Below are positions 63,226 to 64,000 of a DNA stretch of 64,000 nt, one piece after another. Position 1 is the first letter of the stretch; every line of letters starts with the position of its first letter. The stretch is taken from assembly GCF_032444005.1 (NCBI RefSeq), contig NC_091285.1:135594001-135658000 (forward strand), in the 5' to 3' direction. The translations under genes and the position numbers were made by a program. The notes below the pieces were generated by a model. The model was given only the letters and a program-made list of their open reading frames with translations. It had not been told where the DNA came from and did no database searches. This DNA comes from Ranitomeya imitator (lineage: Eukaryota).

Positions 63226-63729
63226 TGTTTTAAAAACGTAACCAAACTAACGTTATTTGTTGCAGTCACACAACTTACACGGTGAGCTATAACTTCAGTA
63301 TGATTTAGCTACCCCTTTACAGGTTGGTGAGACCACAGCGAAAATCAGGCCCAATGTTACACACTCTTTTTTTGGTGGCTGCAAATTAGAGAGATGCCCC
63401 ACACGCAGGACTGTCACTGAAGCACAAATGTTAATATTAATGTCACACTATTATTTTTATTTTTTTTTTATTTTTTTCAGGAACACTTTAGAAACCCCCA
63501 AAAAAAAAAAAAATAGATTTTTGCAGGGAGAATTTAGAAAACAAATGTAACAAACTATATGCTTTCTATGGGCCACTGAGTGAGAGATGACGCACACAGG
63601 AATCAGGAGTGGCACACAAGCCCAGAGGCCAATATTTTTCTACCAATGATTGATGTAGTTATTTTCTCTGGTAGATTTTGGAACCCAAATCAAGGAAAAA
63701 AAATATAGTCTTTCTATGGACCACAATTG

Positions 63730-63762
<33 letters not shown>

Positions 63763-63825
63763 CACCCAGGAGTCAAGACTGGCACACAAGCAGAAAGGCC
63801 AATATTAATCTCCCATTTTTTGGGG

Positions 63826-63856
<31 letters not shown>

Positions 63857-64000
63857 CAGGGAGACTTTAGAAAAAAAAATAATAAAAAAAAATATGATTT
63901 TATCAGGAAGAATTTAGAAACCAAATAAAATAAAATTATTTTTTCAGGGAGAATTTATAAAACAAATAAAAACAAAAATAGGCGTTCTATGGCCCACTGA

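Larger units (their letters stand above)
53031..64000 (-). mobile_element. Large hAT transposon (>10.9 kb, other end beyond the window)
   Basis: TIR TAGAGTTGAGCGA at 53031, CCGA/TCGG subterminal motifs, tandem arrays, intact transposase; flank GTAATGAC. Confidence 0.88.

Overview
Eukaryotic, almost entirely repeat-derived DNA. The mix of repeat families looks like a frog genome (inference). No host gene, rRNA, tRNA or CRISPR array could be supported. DNA transposons: four Tc1 elements plus a remnant (all transposases broken), a >11-kb hAT element with an intact 1192-aa BED-finger transposase ORF and three tiers of subterminal tandem arrays, many MITEs (hAT, Tc1, Tc2, Harbinger, Kolobok/T2, piggyBac-type), a non-autonomous Helitron and an unusual TGT...ACA TIR element. 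Retroelements: a full-length but defective Ty3/Gypsy chromovirus with a plausible Tf1/sushi-type self-priming signal, two solo LTRs, an L2-like tail and several Penelope-like element (PLE) fragments. The most notable signal is not in the ORF track: twelve hammerhead-ribozyme or hammerhead-like motifs. Five sit in two short non-coding repeat families (316-bp and 352-bp monomers) that also share an octamer-containing motif, GGGAAATATGCAAAT. That design resembles newt satellite 2 / non-LTR retrozymes. The other seven are variant-core motifs in PLE termini. All coordinates and alignments were read by eye; boundaries marked approximate may be off by tens of bases.
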